Positions 28,454-42,646 of a DNA stretch of 64,000 bases are shown here, one piece after another (the first letter of the stretch is position 1; the number at the start of each line of letters is the position of its first letter). Made by a program: the position numbers and the translations under genes. The DNA is from the human T2T-CHM13v2.0 reference genome, Homo sapiens: assembly GCF_009914755.1 (NCBI RefSeq), contig NC_060948.1; one strand, 5' to 3'. The notes under the pieces were generated by a model, which saw only the letters and a program-made list of their open reading frames with translations, was not told the origin of the DNA and did no database searches.

Positions 28454-31400
28454 ATGGAATGGGAACGAATGGAATGGAATGGAAAGGAATGGAATCGAAT
28501 GGAAAGGAATCGAATGGAAGGGAATGAAATTGAATCAACAGGAATGGAAGGGAGTAGAATACACGGTAATGGAATGGACTCGAATAGAATGGACACGAAT
28601 GCTCAAATTGAATGGACTCGAATGGAATGGAAACGAAAGGAATGTCATCGAATGGAATTGAATCGATTGGAATGAAATCACATAGAATGGAGTGGAATCA
28701 AATGGAATTGAATCGAAAGGAAAGGAAGCGAATGGACTGAAATGAAATGGAATGGAATTGAATGGAAATTAATGCAATGGAATAGAATGGAACGAAATTT
28801 CACGGAATGGAATCAAACTGAATGGAATCAAATCAATGGAATATAATCAAATGGAATGGAAAGGAATTGAATGGAGTAGATTGGATTGGATGGGATTGGA
28901 ATGAAATGTACTGGAAAGGACTCGAATTTCATGAAACGGAATGGAATGAATTAGAACGGAATGGACTCGAATGGAATGGAATGTCATGGAATGGCATCAA
29001 ATGGAATGGAATCGAATGCGATGGAATGCTATGGAATGGAATGGAATGCATTGGAATGGAATGTCCTCTAATGGAATGTATTCGAGTGGAATGGAATCGA
29101 ATATAATGGAGTCTAATGAAATGGAATTGAAAGGAATGGGACCGAATACAATGGAATATACTGGAATGTAATGTAATGAACTCGAATGTAATTGACTGGA
29201 ATGGAATGTACATGAATGGAATGTAATCGAATGGAAAGCAATCCAATGGAATAGAATCTAATGCAATAAAATCGACTCAAATAGAGTAGAATGTAATGGA
29301 ATGGAGTGCAGTGCAATGGAATGGAATGGAATGGAATGCAATGGAATGGAATGGAATGGAATGGAATGGGATGGAATGGTATGGAATGGATAGTAATGGA
29401 CTGGAGTGAAATGGACTGGAAAAGAATGGACTCAAATTGAAAGGGCTCGAAAGGAATGGAGTCAAATGGAATGGACTGGAATGGAATGAACACGAATGTA
29501 ATGCAATCCAATAGAATGGAATCGAATGGCATGGAATATAAAGAAATGGAATCGAAGAGAATGGAAACAAATGGAATGGAATTGAATGGAATGGAATTGA
29601 ATGGAATGGGAACGAATGGAGTGAAATTTTATGCAGTAGAAGAGAATAGAATGGAATGCAAGCGAAAGGAAAGGAATGGATTGGAATGGAAAGGAATTCA
29701 TTGGAATGGAAGGGAATGTAGTGTAATGGACAGGCCTGGAATAAAGTGGAATGCTACGGTCTCGAATGGAATAAAAATGTATGGAATGGAATGCAATGAA
29801 ACGGAATCGAATGTCATAGAATGTAATGGAATGCAAAAAAATGGACTCCAAAATCATTGACTGGAAAGGCTGGGTGTCGAAAGGAATTGACTCCAATGGA
29901 ATGGAATCGAATGGAATGGAAGTGAATAGAATCGAACTAAATCGAATGGAATGGAATTGATAGGAAAGGAATGGAAAGGAATGCAATGATTTGGCATGGA
30001 ATGGAATCGAATGGCATCGAATGGAATGCAATGGAATGCAATGGAATGGAATGTATTAGAATGTAATGAACTTTAATGGAATGTACTCGAATGGATTCGA
30101 CTGGAATGGAATGTTCTCGAAGTGAATGGACTCCAATGGAATGGATTCGAAAGGAATGGAATCTAATGGAATGGAATTAAATGGAAATGAATCAAATTGA
30201 ATAGAACGGAATTGAATTGAATGGAATCGAATGCAATGGAATCTAATGAAACGGAAAGGAAAGGAATGGAATGGATTGGAATGGAATGGGCTGGAATGGA
30301 ATGGAATCGAAACGAATGGAATGGAATCGAACTGAAGAGACTGGAATGGAATGCACTGGAATGGAAGGGAATGTAATGGAAGGTTCTCGAAAAAAATGGA
30401 ATCGAAAGGAATGGAATTGAATGGAACGGAATAGAGTCGAATGGAATTCAATGGAATGGAATGGACTAGAGTGAAATGGAATCGAACCACAAGGAATGGA
30501 CAGGAATAGAATGGTCTCGAATTGAATGGAATCGTATGGAATGGCATCAAACGGAATGGAATGGACAGCCACGGAATGGAATGGACACCCACGGAATGGA
30601 ATGCACTCGAATGCAATGGAGTCGACACTAATGGACTGGAATAGAATGGACTCGACTGGTACGGACTCCAATGGAATGGAATCGAATGGAAGGGAATCGA
30701 ACGGAATGGACTCGAAGGGAAAAGACTGCAATGGAAAGGTCTCGAATGGAATGGAAATTAATGGAATGGAATGGAATCGAATGAAATGGAGTCAAAAGGA
30801 ATGGAATCGAATGGCAAGAAATCGAATGTAATGGAATCGCAAGGAATGGATGTGAACGGAACGGAATGGAATGGAATCCAAAGGAATGGAATAGAATGGA
30901 ATGGAATCGAATGGAAAGGACTCGAATGGAAATCACTCGAATAGAATGCAATTTAATAAAATAGGATCAAATGTAATGGAATGGAATGGAAAGGAATCGA
31001 AACGAAAGGAATGGAGACAGATGGAATGGAATGGAACAGAGAGCAATGGTATAGAATGGAATGGAATCATCTGGAATGGAATTGAATGGAATGGAATAAT
31101 ATGAAATGGAATGGAATGGAATGGAATGCCCTTGAATTAAATGGACTGGAATGGAATGGACTCGAACAGAGTGGAATGGAAAGTGTTGAAATAGAATGGA
31201 ATGGACTCGTTTGGAATGGTCTAGTATACAATGCAATCGACTGGCAGGGAATCAAAAGGAATGTAATCGAATGGATTGGACTGGAATGCAATGGACTCGA
31301 ATAGATTGGAAACGGAAAGCAAAGGAATGGAATGGAATAGTATGGAATTGAATGGAAAGGAATGGAGTGGAATAGACTAGAGTGGAATGGAATGGACTCG

Positions 31401-32007
31401 AAAGCAATGGACTGGAATGGAACTTTCTTGAATGGACTGGAATCAAACGGAATGGAATGCAATGCAATCAAATGGCATGGAATAAAATAGAATGAAAGAG
31501 AATCAAATGGAATTGAATCGAATGGAATCGAATGGATTGGAAAGGAATAGAGTGGAATGGAATGGAATTGACTCAAATGGAATGGACTAGATTGGAATGG
31601 ATTCGAATGGAAGGCAAATGAATGGAATCTATTGGAATGGACTGTAATGGAATGGAATGGAAGGGATTGGAATGGACTCGAATGGAATGGACTGCAATAG
31701 AAAGGATTCGAATGGAATGAAAAAGAATTGAATGGAATAGAACAGAATGGAATCAAATCGAATGAAATGGAATGGAATAGAAAGGAATGGAATGAAATGG
31801 AATGGAAAGGATTCGAATGGAATGCAATCGAATGGAATGCAATCGAATGGAATGGAATCGAACGGAATGGAATAAAATGGAAGAAAACTGGCAAGAAATG
31901 GAATCGAAATGAACGGAGTGTTATGGAACGGACTCAAAAGGAATTGAATGTAATAGAATGGAGTGGAGTGGACTCGAATATAATGGACTGGAATGGAATG
32001 AAATCAC
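28454..32007 (+). repeat. DYZ1 unit U9 (3554 bp)
   Basis: Anchor spacing 28454-32008. Confidence 0.88.
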
Positions 32008-35000
32008 ATGGAATGGGAACGAATGGAATGGAATGGAAAGGAATGGAATCGAATGGAAAGGAATCGAATGGAAGGGAATGAAATTGAATCAACAGGAATG
32101 GAAGGGAGTAGAATAGACGGTAATGGAATGGACTCGAATAGAATGGACACGAATGCTCAAATTGAATGGACTCGAATGGAATGGAAACGAAAGGAATGTC
32201 ATCGAATGGAATTGAATCGATTGGAATGAAATCACATAGAATGGAGTGGAATCAAATGGAATTGAATCGAAAGGAAAGGAAGCGAATGGACTGAAATGAA
32301 ATGGAATGGAATTGAATGGAAATTAATGCAATGGAATAGAATGGAACGAAATTTCACGGAATGGAATCAAACTGAATGGAATCAAATCAATGGAATATAA
32401 TCAAATGGAATGGAAAGGAATTGAATGGAGTAGATTGGATTGGATGGGATTGGAATGAAATGTACTGGAAAGGACTCGAATTTCATGAAACGGAATGGAA
32501 TGAATTAGAACGGAATGGACTCGAATGGAATGGAATGTCATGGAATGGCATCAAATGGAATGGAATCGAATGCAATGGAATGCTATGGAATGGAATGGAA
32601 TGCATTGGAATGGAATGTCCTCTAATGGAATGTATTCGAGTGGAATGGAATCGAATATAATGGAGTCTAATGAAAGGGAATTGAAAGGAATGGGACCGAA
32701 TACAATGGAATATACTGGAATGTAATGTAATGAACTCGAATGTAATTGACTGGAATGGAATGTACATGAATGGAATGTAATCGAATGGAAAGCAATCCAA
32801 TGGAATAGAATCTAATGCAATAAAATCGACTCAAATAGAGTAGAATGTAATGGAATGGAGTGCAGTGCAATGGAATGGAATGGAATGGAATGCAATGGAA
32901 TGGAAAGGAATGGAATGGAATGGAATGGGATGAAATGGTATGGAATGGATAGTAATGGACTGGAGTGAAATGGACTGGAAAAGAATGGACTCAAATTGAA
33001 AGGGCTCGAAAGGAATGGAGTCAAATGGAATGGTCTGGAATGGAATGAACACGAATGTAATGCAATCCAATAGAATGGAATCGAATGGCATGGAATATAA
33101 AGAAATGGAATCGAAGAGAATGGAAACAAATGGAATGGAATTGAATGGAATGGAATTGAATGGAATGGGAACGAATGGAGTGAAATTGTATGCAGTAGAA
33201 GAGAATAGAATGGAATGCAAGCGAAAGGAAAGGAATGGATTGGAATGGAATGGAATTCATTGGAATGGAAGGGAATGTAGTGTAATGGACAGGCCTGGAA
33301 TAAAGTGGAATGCTACGGTCTCGAATGGAATAAAAATGTATGGAATGGAATGCAATGAAACGGAATCGAATGTCATAGAAGTAATGGAATGCAAAAAAAT
33401 GGACTCCAAAATCATTGACTGGAAAGGCTGGGTGTCGAAAGGAATTGACTCCAATGGAATGGAATCGAATGGAATGGAAGTGAATAGAATGGAACTAAAT
33501 CGAATGGAATGGAATTGATAGGAACGGAATGGAAAGGAATGCAATGATTTGGCATGGAATGGAATCGAATGGCATCGAATGGAATGGAATGGAATGCAAT
33601 GGAATGGAATGTATTAGAATGTAATGAACTTTAATGGAATGTACTCGAATGGATTCGACTGGAATGGAATGTTCTCGAAGTGAATGGACTCCAATGGAAT
33701 GGATTCGAAAGGAATGGAATCTAATGGAATGGAATTAAATGGAAATGAATCAAATTGAATAGAACGGAATTGAATTGAATGGAATCGAATGCAATGGAAT
33801 TTAATGAAACGGAAAGGAAAGGAATGGAATGGATTGGAATGGAATGGGCTGGAATGGAATGGAATCGAAACGAATGGAATGGAATCGAACTGAAGAGACT
33901 GGAATGGAATGCACTGGAATGGAAGGGAATGTAATGGAAGGTTCTCGAAAAAAATGGAATCGAAAGGAATGGAATTGAATGGAACGGAATAGAGTCGAAT
34001 GGAATTCAATGGAATGGAATGGAATAGAGTGAAATGGAATCGAACCACAAGGAATGGACAGGAATAGAATGGTCTCGAATTGAATGGAATCGTATGGAAT
34101 GGCATCAATCGGAATGGAATGGACAGCCACGGAATGGAATGGACAGCCACGGAATGGAATGCACTCGAATGCAATGGAGTCGACACTAGTGGACTGGAAT
34201 AGAATGGACTCGACTGATACGGACTCCAATGGAATGGAATCGAATGGAAAGGAATCGAACGGAATGGACTCGAAGGGAAAAGACTGAAATGGAAAGGTCT
34301 CCAATGGAATGGAAATTAATGGAATGGAATGGAATCGAATGAAATGGAGTCAAAAGGAATGGAATCGAATGGCAAGAAATCGAATGTAATGGAATCGCAA
34401 GGAATTGATGTGAACGGAACGGAATGGAATGGAATCCAAAGGAATGGAATAGAATGGAATGGAATCGAATGGAAAGGACTCGAATGGAAATCACTCGAAT
34501 AGAATGCAATTTAATAAAATAGGATCAAATGTAATGGAATGGAATGGAAAGGAATCGAAACGAAAGGAATGGAGACAGATGGAATGGAATGGAACAGAGA
34601 GCAATGGTATAGAATGGAATGGAATCATCTGGAATGGAATTGAATTTAATGGAATAATATGAAATGGTAAGGAATGGAATGGAATGCCCTTGAATTAAAT
34701 GGACTGGAATGGAATGGACTCGAACAGAGTGGAATGGAAAGTGTTGAAATAGAATGGAATGGACTCGTTTGGAATGGTCTAGTATGCAATGCAATCGACT
34801 GGCAGGGAATCAAAAGGAATGTAATCGAATGGATTGGACTGGAATGCAATGGACTCGAATAGATTGGAAACGGAAAGCAAAGGATTGGAATGGAATAGTA
34901 TGGAATGGAATGGAAAGTAATGGAGTGGAATAGACTAGAGTGGAATGGAATGGACTCGAAAGCAATGGACTGGAATGGAACTTTATTGAATGGACTGGAA

Positions 35001-35565
35001 TCAAACGGAATGGAATGCAATGCAATCAAATGGCATGGAATAAAATAGAATGAAAGAGAATCAAACGGAATTGAATCGAATGGAATCGAATGGATTGGAA
35101 AGGAATAGAATGGAATGGAATGGAATTGACTCAAATGGAATGGACTAGAATGGAATGGATTCGAATGGAAGGCAAAGGAATGGAATCTATTGGAATGGAC
35201 TGTAATGGAATGGAATGGAAGGGATTGGAATGGACTCGAATGGAATGGACTGCAATAGAAAGGATTCGAATGGAATGAAAAAGAATTGAATGGAATAGAA
35301 CAGAATGGAATCAAATCGAATGAAATGGAATGGAATAGAAAGGAATGGAATGAAATGGAATGGAAAGGATTCGAATGGAATGCAATCGAATGGAATGCAA
35401 TCGAATGGAATGGAATCGAACGGAATGGAATAAAATGGAAGAAAACTGGCAAGAAATGGAGTCGAAATGAATGGAGTGTTATGGAACCGACTCAAAAGGA
35501 ATTGAATGTAATAGAATGGAGTGGAGTGGACTCGAATATAATGGACTGGAATGGAATGAAATCAC
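32008..35565 (+). repeat. DYZ1 unit U10 (3558 bp)
   Basis: Anchor spacing; 1-bp deletion near 33380. Confidence 0.88.
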
Positions 35566-38500
35566 ATGGAATGGGAACGAATGGAATGGAATGGAAAGGA
35601 ATGGAATCGAATGGAAAGGAATCGAATGGAAGGGAATGAAATTGAATCAACAGGAATGGAAGGGAGTAGAATAGACGGTAATGGAATGGATTCGGATAGA
35701 ATGGACACGAATGCTCAAATTGAATGGACTCGAATGGAATGGAAACGAAAGGAATGTCATCGAATGGAATTGAATCGATTGGAATGAAATCACATAGAAT
35801 GGAGTGGAATCAAATGGAATTGAATCGAAAGGAAAGGAAGCGAATGGACTGAAATGAAATGGAATGGAATTGAATGGAAATTCATGCAATGGAATAGAAT
35901 GGAACGAAGTTTCACGGAATGGAATCAAACTGAATGGAATCAAATCAATGGAATATAATCAAATGGAATGGAAAGGAATTGAATGGAGTAGATTGGATTG
36001 GATGGGATTGGAATGAAATGTACTGGAAAGGACTCGAATTTCATGAAACGGAATGGAATGAATTAGAACGGAATGGACTCGAATGGAATGGAATGTCATG
36101 GAATGGCATCAAATGGAATGGAATCGATTGCGATGGAATGCTATGGAATGGAATGGAATGCATTGGAATGGAATGTCCTCTAATGGAATGTATTCGAGTG
36201 GAATGGAATCGAATATAATGGAGTCTAATGAAAGGGAATTGAAGGGAATGGGACCGAATACAATGGAATATACTGGAATGTAATGTAATGAACTCGAATG
36301 TAATTGACTGGAATGGAATGTACATGAATGGAATGTAATCGAATGGAAAGCAATCCAATGGAATAGAATCTAATGCAATAAAATCGACTCAAGTAGAGTA
36401 GAATGTAATGGAATGGAGTGCAGTGCAATGGAATGGAATGGAATGGAATGCAATGGAATGGAATGGAATGGAATGGAATGGAATGGGATGGAATGGTATG
36501 GAATGGATAGTAATGGACTGGAGTGAAATGGACTGGAAAAGAATGGACTCAAATTGAAAGGGCTCGAAAGGAATGGAGTCAAATGGAATGGTCTGGAATG
36601 GAATGAACACGAATGTAATGCAATCCAATAGAATGGAATCGAATGGCATGGAATATAAAGAAATGGAATCGAAGAGAATGGAAACAAATGGAATGGAATT
36701 GAATGGAATGGGAACGAATGGAGTGAAATTGTATGCAGTAGAAGAGAATAGAATGGAATGCAAGCGAAAGGAAAGGAATGGATTGGAATGGAATGGAATT
36801 CATTGGAATGGAAGGGAATGTAGTGTAATGGACAGGCCTGGAATAAAGTGGAATGCTACGGTCTCGAATGGAATAAAAATGTATGGAATGGAATGCAATG
36901 AAACGGAATCGAATGTCATAGAATGTAATGGAATGCAAAAAAATGGAATCCAAAATCATTGACTGGAAAGGCTGGGTGTCGAAAGGAATTGACTCCAATG
37001 GAATGGAATCGAATGGAATGGAAGTGAATAGAATGGAACTAAATCGAATGGAATGGAATTGATAGGAACGGAATGGAAAGGAATGCAATGATTTGGCATG
37101 GAATGGAATCGAATGGCATCGAATGGAATGGAATGGAATGCAATGGAATGGAATGTATTAGAATGTAATGAACTTTAATGGAATGTACTCGAATGGATTC
37201 GACTGGAATGGAATGTTCTCGAAGTGAATGGACTCCAATGGAATGGATTCGAAAGGAATGGAATCTAATGGAATGGAATTAAATGGAAATGAATCAAATT
37301 GAATAGAAAGGAATTGAATTGAATGGAATCGAATGCAATGGAATCTAATGAAACGGAAAGGAAAGGAATGGAATGGATTGGAATGGAATGGGCTGGAATG
37401 GAATGGAATCGAAACGAATGGAATGGAATCGAACTGAAGAGACTGGAATGGAATGCACTGGAATGGAAGGGAATGTAATGGAAGGTTCTCGAAAAAAATG
37501 GAATCGAAAGGAATGGAATTGAATGGAACGGAATAGAGTCGAATGGAATTGAATGGAATGGAATGGACTAGAGTGAAATGGAATCGAACCACAAGGAATG
37601 GACAGGAATAGAATGGTCTCGAATTGAATGGAATCGTATGGAATGGCATCAAACGGAATGGAATGGACAGCCACGGAATGGAATGGACACCCACGGAATG
37701 GAATGCACTCGAATGCAATGGAGTCGACACTAATGGACTGAATAGAATGGACTCGACTGGTACGGACTCCAATGGAATGGAATCGAATGGAAGGGAATCG
37801 AACGGAATGGACTCGAAGGGAAAAGACTGCAATGGAAAGGTCTCCAATGGAATGGAAATTAATGGAATGGAATGGAATCGAATGAAATGGAGTCAAAAGG
37901 AATGGAATCGAATGGCAAGAAATCGAATGTAATGGAATCGCAAGGAATGGATGTGAACGGAACGGAATGGAATGGAATCCAAAGGAATGGAATAGAATGG
38001 AATGGAATCGAATGGAAAGGACTCGAATGGAAATCACTCGAATAGAATGCAATTTAATAAAATAGGATCAAATGTAATGGAATGGAATGGAAAGGAATCG
38101 AAACGAAAGGAATGGAGACAGATGGAATGGAATGGAACAGAGAGCAATGGTATAGAATGGAATGGAATCATCTGGAATGGAATTGAATGGAATGGAATAA
38201 TATGAAATGGAATGGAATGGAATGGAATGCCCTTGAATTAAATGGACTGGAATGGAATGGACTCGAACAGAGTGGAATGGAAAGTGTTGAAATAGAATGG
38301 AATGGACTCGTTTGGAATGGTCTAGTATGCAATGCAATCGACTGGCAGGGAATCAAAAGGAATGTAATCGAATGGATTGGACTGGAATGCAATGGACTCG
38401 AATAGATTGGAAACGGAAAGCAAAGGAATGGAATGGAATAGTATGGAATGGAATGGAAGGAATGGAGTGGAATAGACTAGAGTGGAATGGAATGGACTCG

Positions 38501-39107
38501 AAAGCAATGGACTGGAATGGAACTTTCTTGAATGGACTGGAATCAAACGGAATGGAATGCAATGCAATCAAATGGCATGGAATAAAATAGAATGAAAGAG
38601 AATCAAATGGAATTGAATCGAATGGAATCGAATGGATTGGAAAGGAATAGAATGGAATGGAATGGAATTGACTCAAATGGAATGGACTAGAATGGAATGG
38701 ATTCGAATGGAAGTCAAAGGAATGGAATCTATTGGAATGGACTGTAATGGAATGGAATGGAAGGGATTGGAATGGACTCGAATGGAATGGACTGCCATAG
38801 AAAGGATTCGAATGGAATGAAAAAGAATTGAATGGAATAGAACAGAATGGAATCAAATCGAATGAAATGGAATGGAATAGAAAGGAATGGAATGAAATGG
38901 AATGGAAAGGATTCGAATGGAATGCAATCGAATGGAATGCAATCGAGTGGAATGGAATCGAACGGAATGGAATAAAATGGAAGAAAACTGGCAAGAAATG
39001 GAATCGAAATGAATGGAGTGTTATGGAACGGACTCAAAAGGAATTGAATGTAATAGAATGGAGTGGAGTGGACTCGAATATAATGGACTGGAATGGAATG
39101 AAATCAC
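35566..39107 (+). repeat. DYZ1 unit U11 (3542 bp)
   Basis: Anchor spacing; 15-bp deletion near 36700; 1-bp deletions near 37740 and 38458. Confidence 0.88.
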
Positions 39108-42100
39108 ATGGAATGGGAACGAATGGAATGGAATGGAAAGGAATGGAATCGAATGGAAAGGAATCGAATGGAAGGGAATGAAATTGAATCAACAGGAATG
39201 GAAGGGAGTAGAATAGACGGTAATGGAATGGACTCGAATAGAATGGACACGAATGCTCAAATTGAATGGACTCGAATGGAATGGAAACGAAAGGAATGTC
39301 ATCGAATGGAATTGAATCGATTGGAATGAAATCACATAGAATGGAGTGGAATCAAATGGAATTGAATCGAAAGGAAAGGAAGCGAATGGACTGAAATGAA
39401 ATGGAATGGAATTGAATGGAAATTAATGCAATGGAATAGAATGGAACGAAATTTCACGGAATGGAATCAAACTGAATGGAATCAAATCAATGGAATATAA
39501 TCAAATGGAATGGAAAGGAATTGAATGGAGTAGATTGGATTGGATGGGATTGGAATGAAATGTACTGGAAAGGACTCGAATTTCATGAAACGGAATGGAA
39601 TGAATTAGAACGGAATGGACTCGAATGGAATGGAATGTCATGGAATGGCATCAAAAGGAATGGAATCAATTGCGATGGAATGCTATGGAATGGAATGGAA
39701 TGCATTGGAATGGAATGTCCTCTAATGGAATGTATTCGAGTGGAATGGAATCGAATATAATGGAGTCTAATGAAAGGGAATTGAAAGGAATGGGACCGAA
39801 TACAATGGAATATACTGGAATGTAATGTAATGAACTCGAATGTAATTGACTGGAATGGAATGTACATGAATGGAATGTAATCGAATGGAAAGCAATCCAA
39901 TGGAATAGAATCTAATGCAATAAAATGGACTCAAATAGAGTAGAATGTAATGGAATGGAGTGCAGTGCAATGGAATGGAATGGAATGGAATGCAATGGAA
40001 TGGAATGGAATGGAATGGAATGGGATGGAATGGTATGGAATGGATAGTAATGGACTGGAGTGAAATGGACTGGAAAAGAATGGACTCAAATTGAAAGGGC
40101 TCGAAAGGAATGGAGTCAAATGGAATGGTCTGGAATGGAATGAACACGAATGTAATGCAATCCAATAGAATGGAATCGAATGGCATGGAATATAAAGAAA
40201 TGGAATCGAAGAGAATGGAAACAAATGGAATGGAATTGAATGGAATGGGAACGAATGGAGTGAAATTGTATGCAGTAGAAGAGAATAGAATGGAATGCAA
40301 GCGAAAGGAAAGGAATGGATTGGAATGGAATGGAATTCATTGGAATGGAAGGGAATGTAGTGTAATGGACAGGCCTGGAATAAAGTGGAATGCTACGGTC
40401 TCGAATGGAATAAAAATGTATGGAATGGAATGCAATGAAACGGAATCGAATGTCATAGAATGTAATGGAATGCAAAAAAATGGAATCCAAAATCATTGAC
40501 TGGAAAGGCTGGGTGTCGAAAGGAATTGACTCCAATGGAATGGAATCGAATGGAATGGAAGTGAATAGAATCGAACTAAATCGAATGGAATGGAATTGAT
40601 AGGAACGGAATGGAAAGGAATGCAATGATTTGGCATGGAATGGAATCGAATGGCATCGAATGGAATGGAATGGAATGCAATGGAATGGAATGTATTAGAA
40701 TGTAATGAACTTTAATGGAATGTACTCGAATGGATTCGACTGGAATGGAATGTTCTCGAAGTGAATGGACTCCAATGGAATGGATTCGAAAGGAATGGAA
40801 TCTAATGGAATGGAATTAAATGGAAATGAATCAAATTGAATAGAACGGAATTGAATTGAATGGAATCGAATGCAATGGAATCTAATGAAACGGAAAGGAA
40901 AGGAATGGAATGGATTGGAATGGAATGGGCTGGAATGGAATGGAATCGAAACGAATGGAATGGAATCGAACTGAAGAGACTGGAATGGAATGCACTGGAA
41001 TGGAAGGGAATGTAATGGAAGGTTCTCGAAAAAAATAGAATCGAAAGGAATGGAATTGAATGGAACGGAATAGAGTCGAATGGAATTCAATGGAATGGAA
41101 TGGACTAGAGTCAAATGGAATCGAACCACAAGGAATGGACAGGAATAGAATGGTCTCGAATTGAATGGAATCGTATGGAATGGCATCAATCGGAATGGAA
41201 TGGACAGCCACGGAATGGAATGGACACCCACGGAATGGAATGCACTCGAATGCAATGGAGTCGACACTAATGGACTGGAATAGAATGGACTCGACTGATA
41301 CGGACTCCAATGGAATGGAATCGAATGGAAGGGAATCGAACGGAATGGACTCGAAGGAAAAAGACTGCAATGGAAAGGTCTCCAATGGAATGGAAATTAA
41401 TGGAATGGAATGGAATCGAATGAAATGGAGTCAAAAGGAATGAGATCGAATGGCAAGAAATCGAATGTGATGGAATCGCAAGGAATTGATGTGAACGGAA
41501 CGGAATGGAATGGAATCCAAAGGAATGGAATAGAATGGAATGGAATCGAATGGAAAGGACTCGAATGGACATCACTCGAATAGAATGCAATTTAATAAAA
41601 TAGGATCAAATGTAATGGAATGGAATGGAAAGGAATCGAAACGAAAGGAATGGAGACAGATGGAATGGAATGGAACTGAGAGCAATGGTATAGAATGGAA
41701 TGGAATCATCTGGAATGGAATTGAATGGAATGGAATAATATGAAATGGAAAGGAATGGAATGGAATGCCCTTGAATTAAATGGACTGGAATGGAATGGAC
41801 TCGAACAGAGTGGAATGGAAAGTGTTGAAATAGAATGGAATGGACTCGTTTGGAATGGTCTAGTATGCAATGCAATCGACTGGCAGGGAATCAAAAGGAA
41901 TGTAATCGAATGGATTGGACTGGAATGCAATGGACTCGAATAGATTGGAAACGGAAAGCAAAGGATTGGAATGGAATAGTATGGAATGGAATGGAAAGTA
42001 ATGGAGTGGAATAGACTAGAGTGGAATGGAATGGACTCGAAAGCAATGGACTGGAATGGAACTTTATTGAATGGACTGGAATCAAACGGAATGGAATGCA

Positions 42101-42646
42101 ATGCAATCAAATGGCATGGAATAAAATAGAATGAAAGAGAATCAAACGGAATTGAATCGAATGGAATCGAATGGATTGGAAAGGAATAGAATGGAATGGA
42201 ATGGAATTGACTCAAATGGAATGGACTAGAATGGAATGGATTCGAATGGAAGGCAAAGGAATGGAATCTATTGGAATGGACTGTAATGGAATGGAATGGA
42301 AGGGATTGGAATGGACTCGAATGGAATGGACTGCAATAGAAAGGATTCGAATGGAATGAAAAAGAATTGAATGGAATAGAACAGAATGGAATCAAATCGA
42401 ATGAAATGGAATGGAATAGAAAGGAATGGAATGAAATGGAATGGAAAGGATTCGAATGGAATGCAATCGAATGGAATGCAATCGAATGGAATGGAATCGA
42501 ACGGAATGGAATAAAATGGAAGAAAACTGGCAAGAAATGGAGTCGAAATGAATGGAGTGTTATGGAACCGACTCAAAAGGAATTGAATGTAATAGAATGG
42601 AGTGGAGTGGACTCGAATATAATGGACTGGAATGGAATGAAATCAC
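39108..42646 (+). repeat. DYZ1 unit U12 (3539 bp)
   Basis: Anchor spacing; 15-bp deletion near 40235. Confidence 0.88.

Noticed and set aside
37158-38052. Longer fused ORFs (229 and 235 aa) unique to U11, U13, U15 and U17
   Set aside because: They are a by-product of the shared 1-bp deletion. Useful as a lineage marker, but not evidence of a gene.
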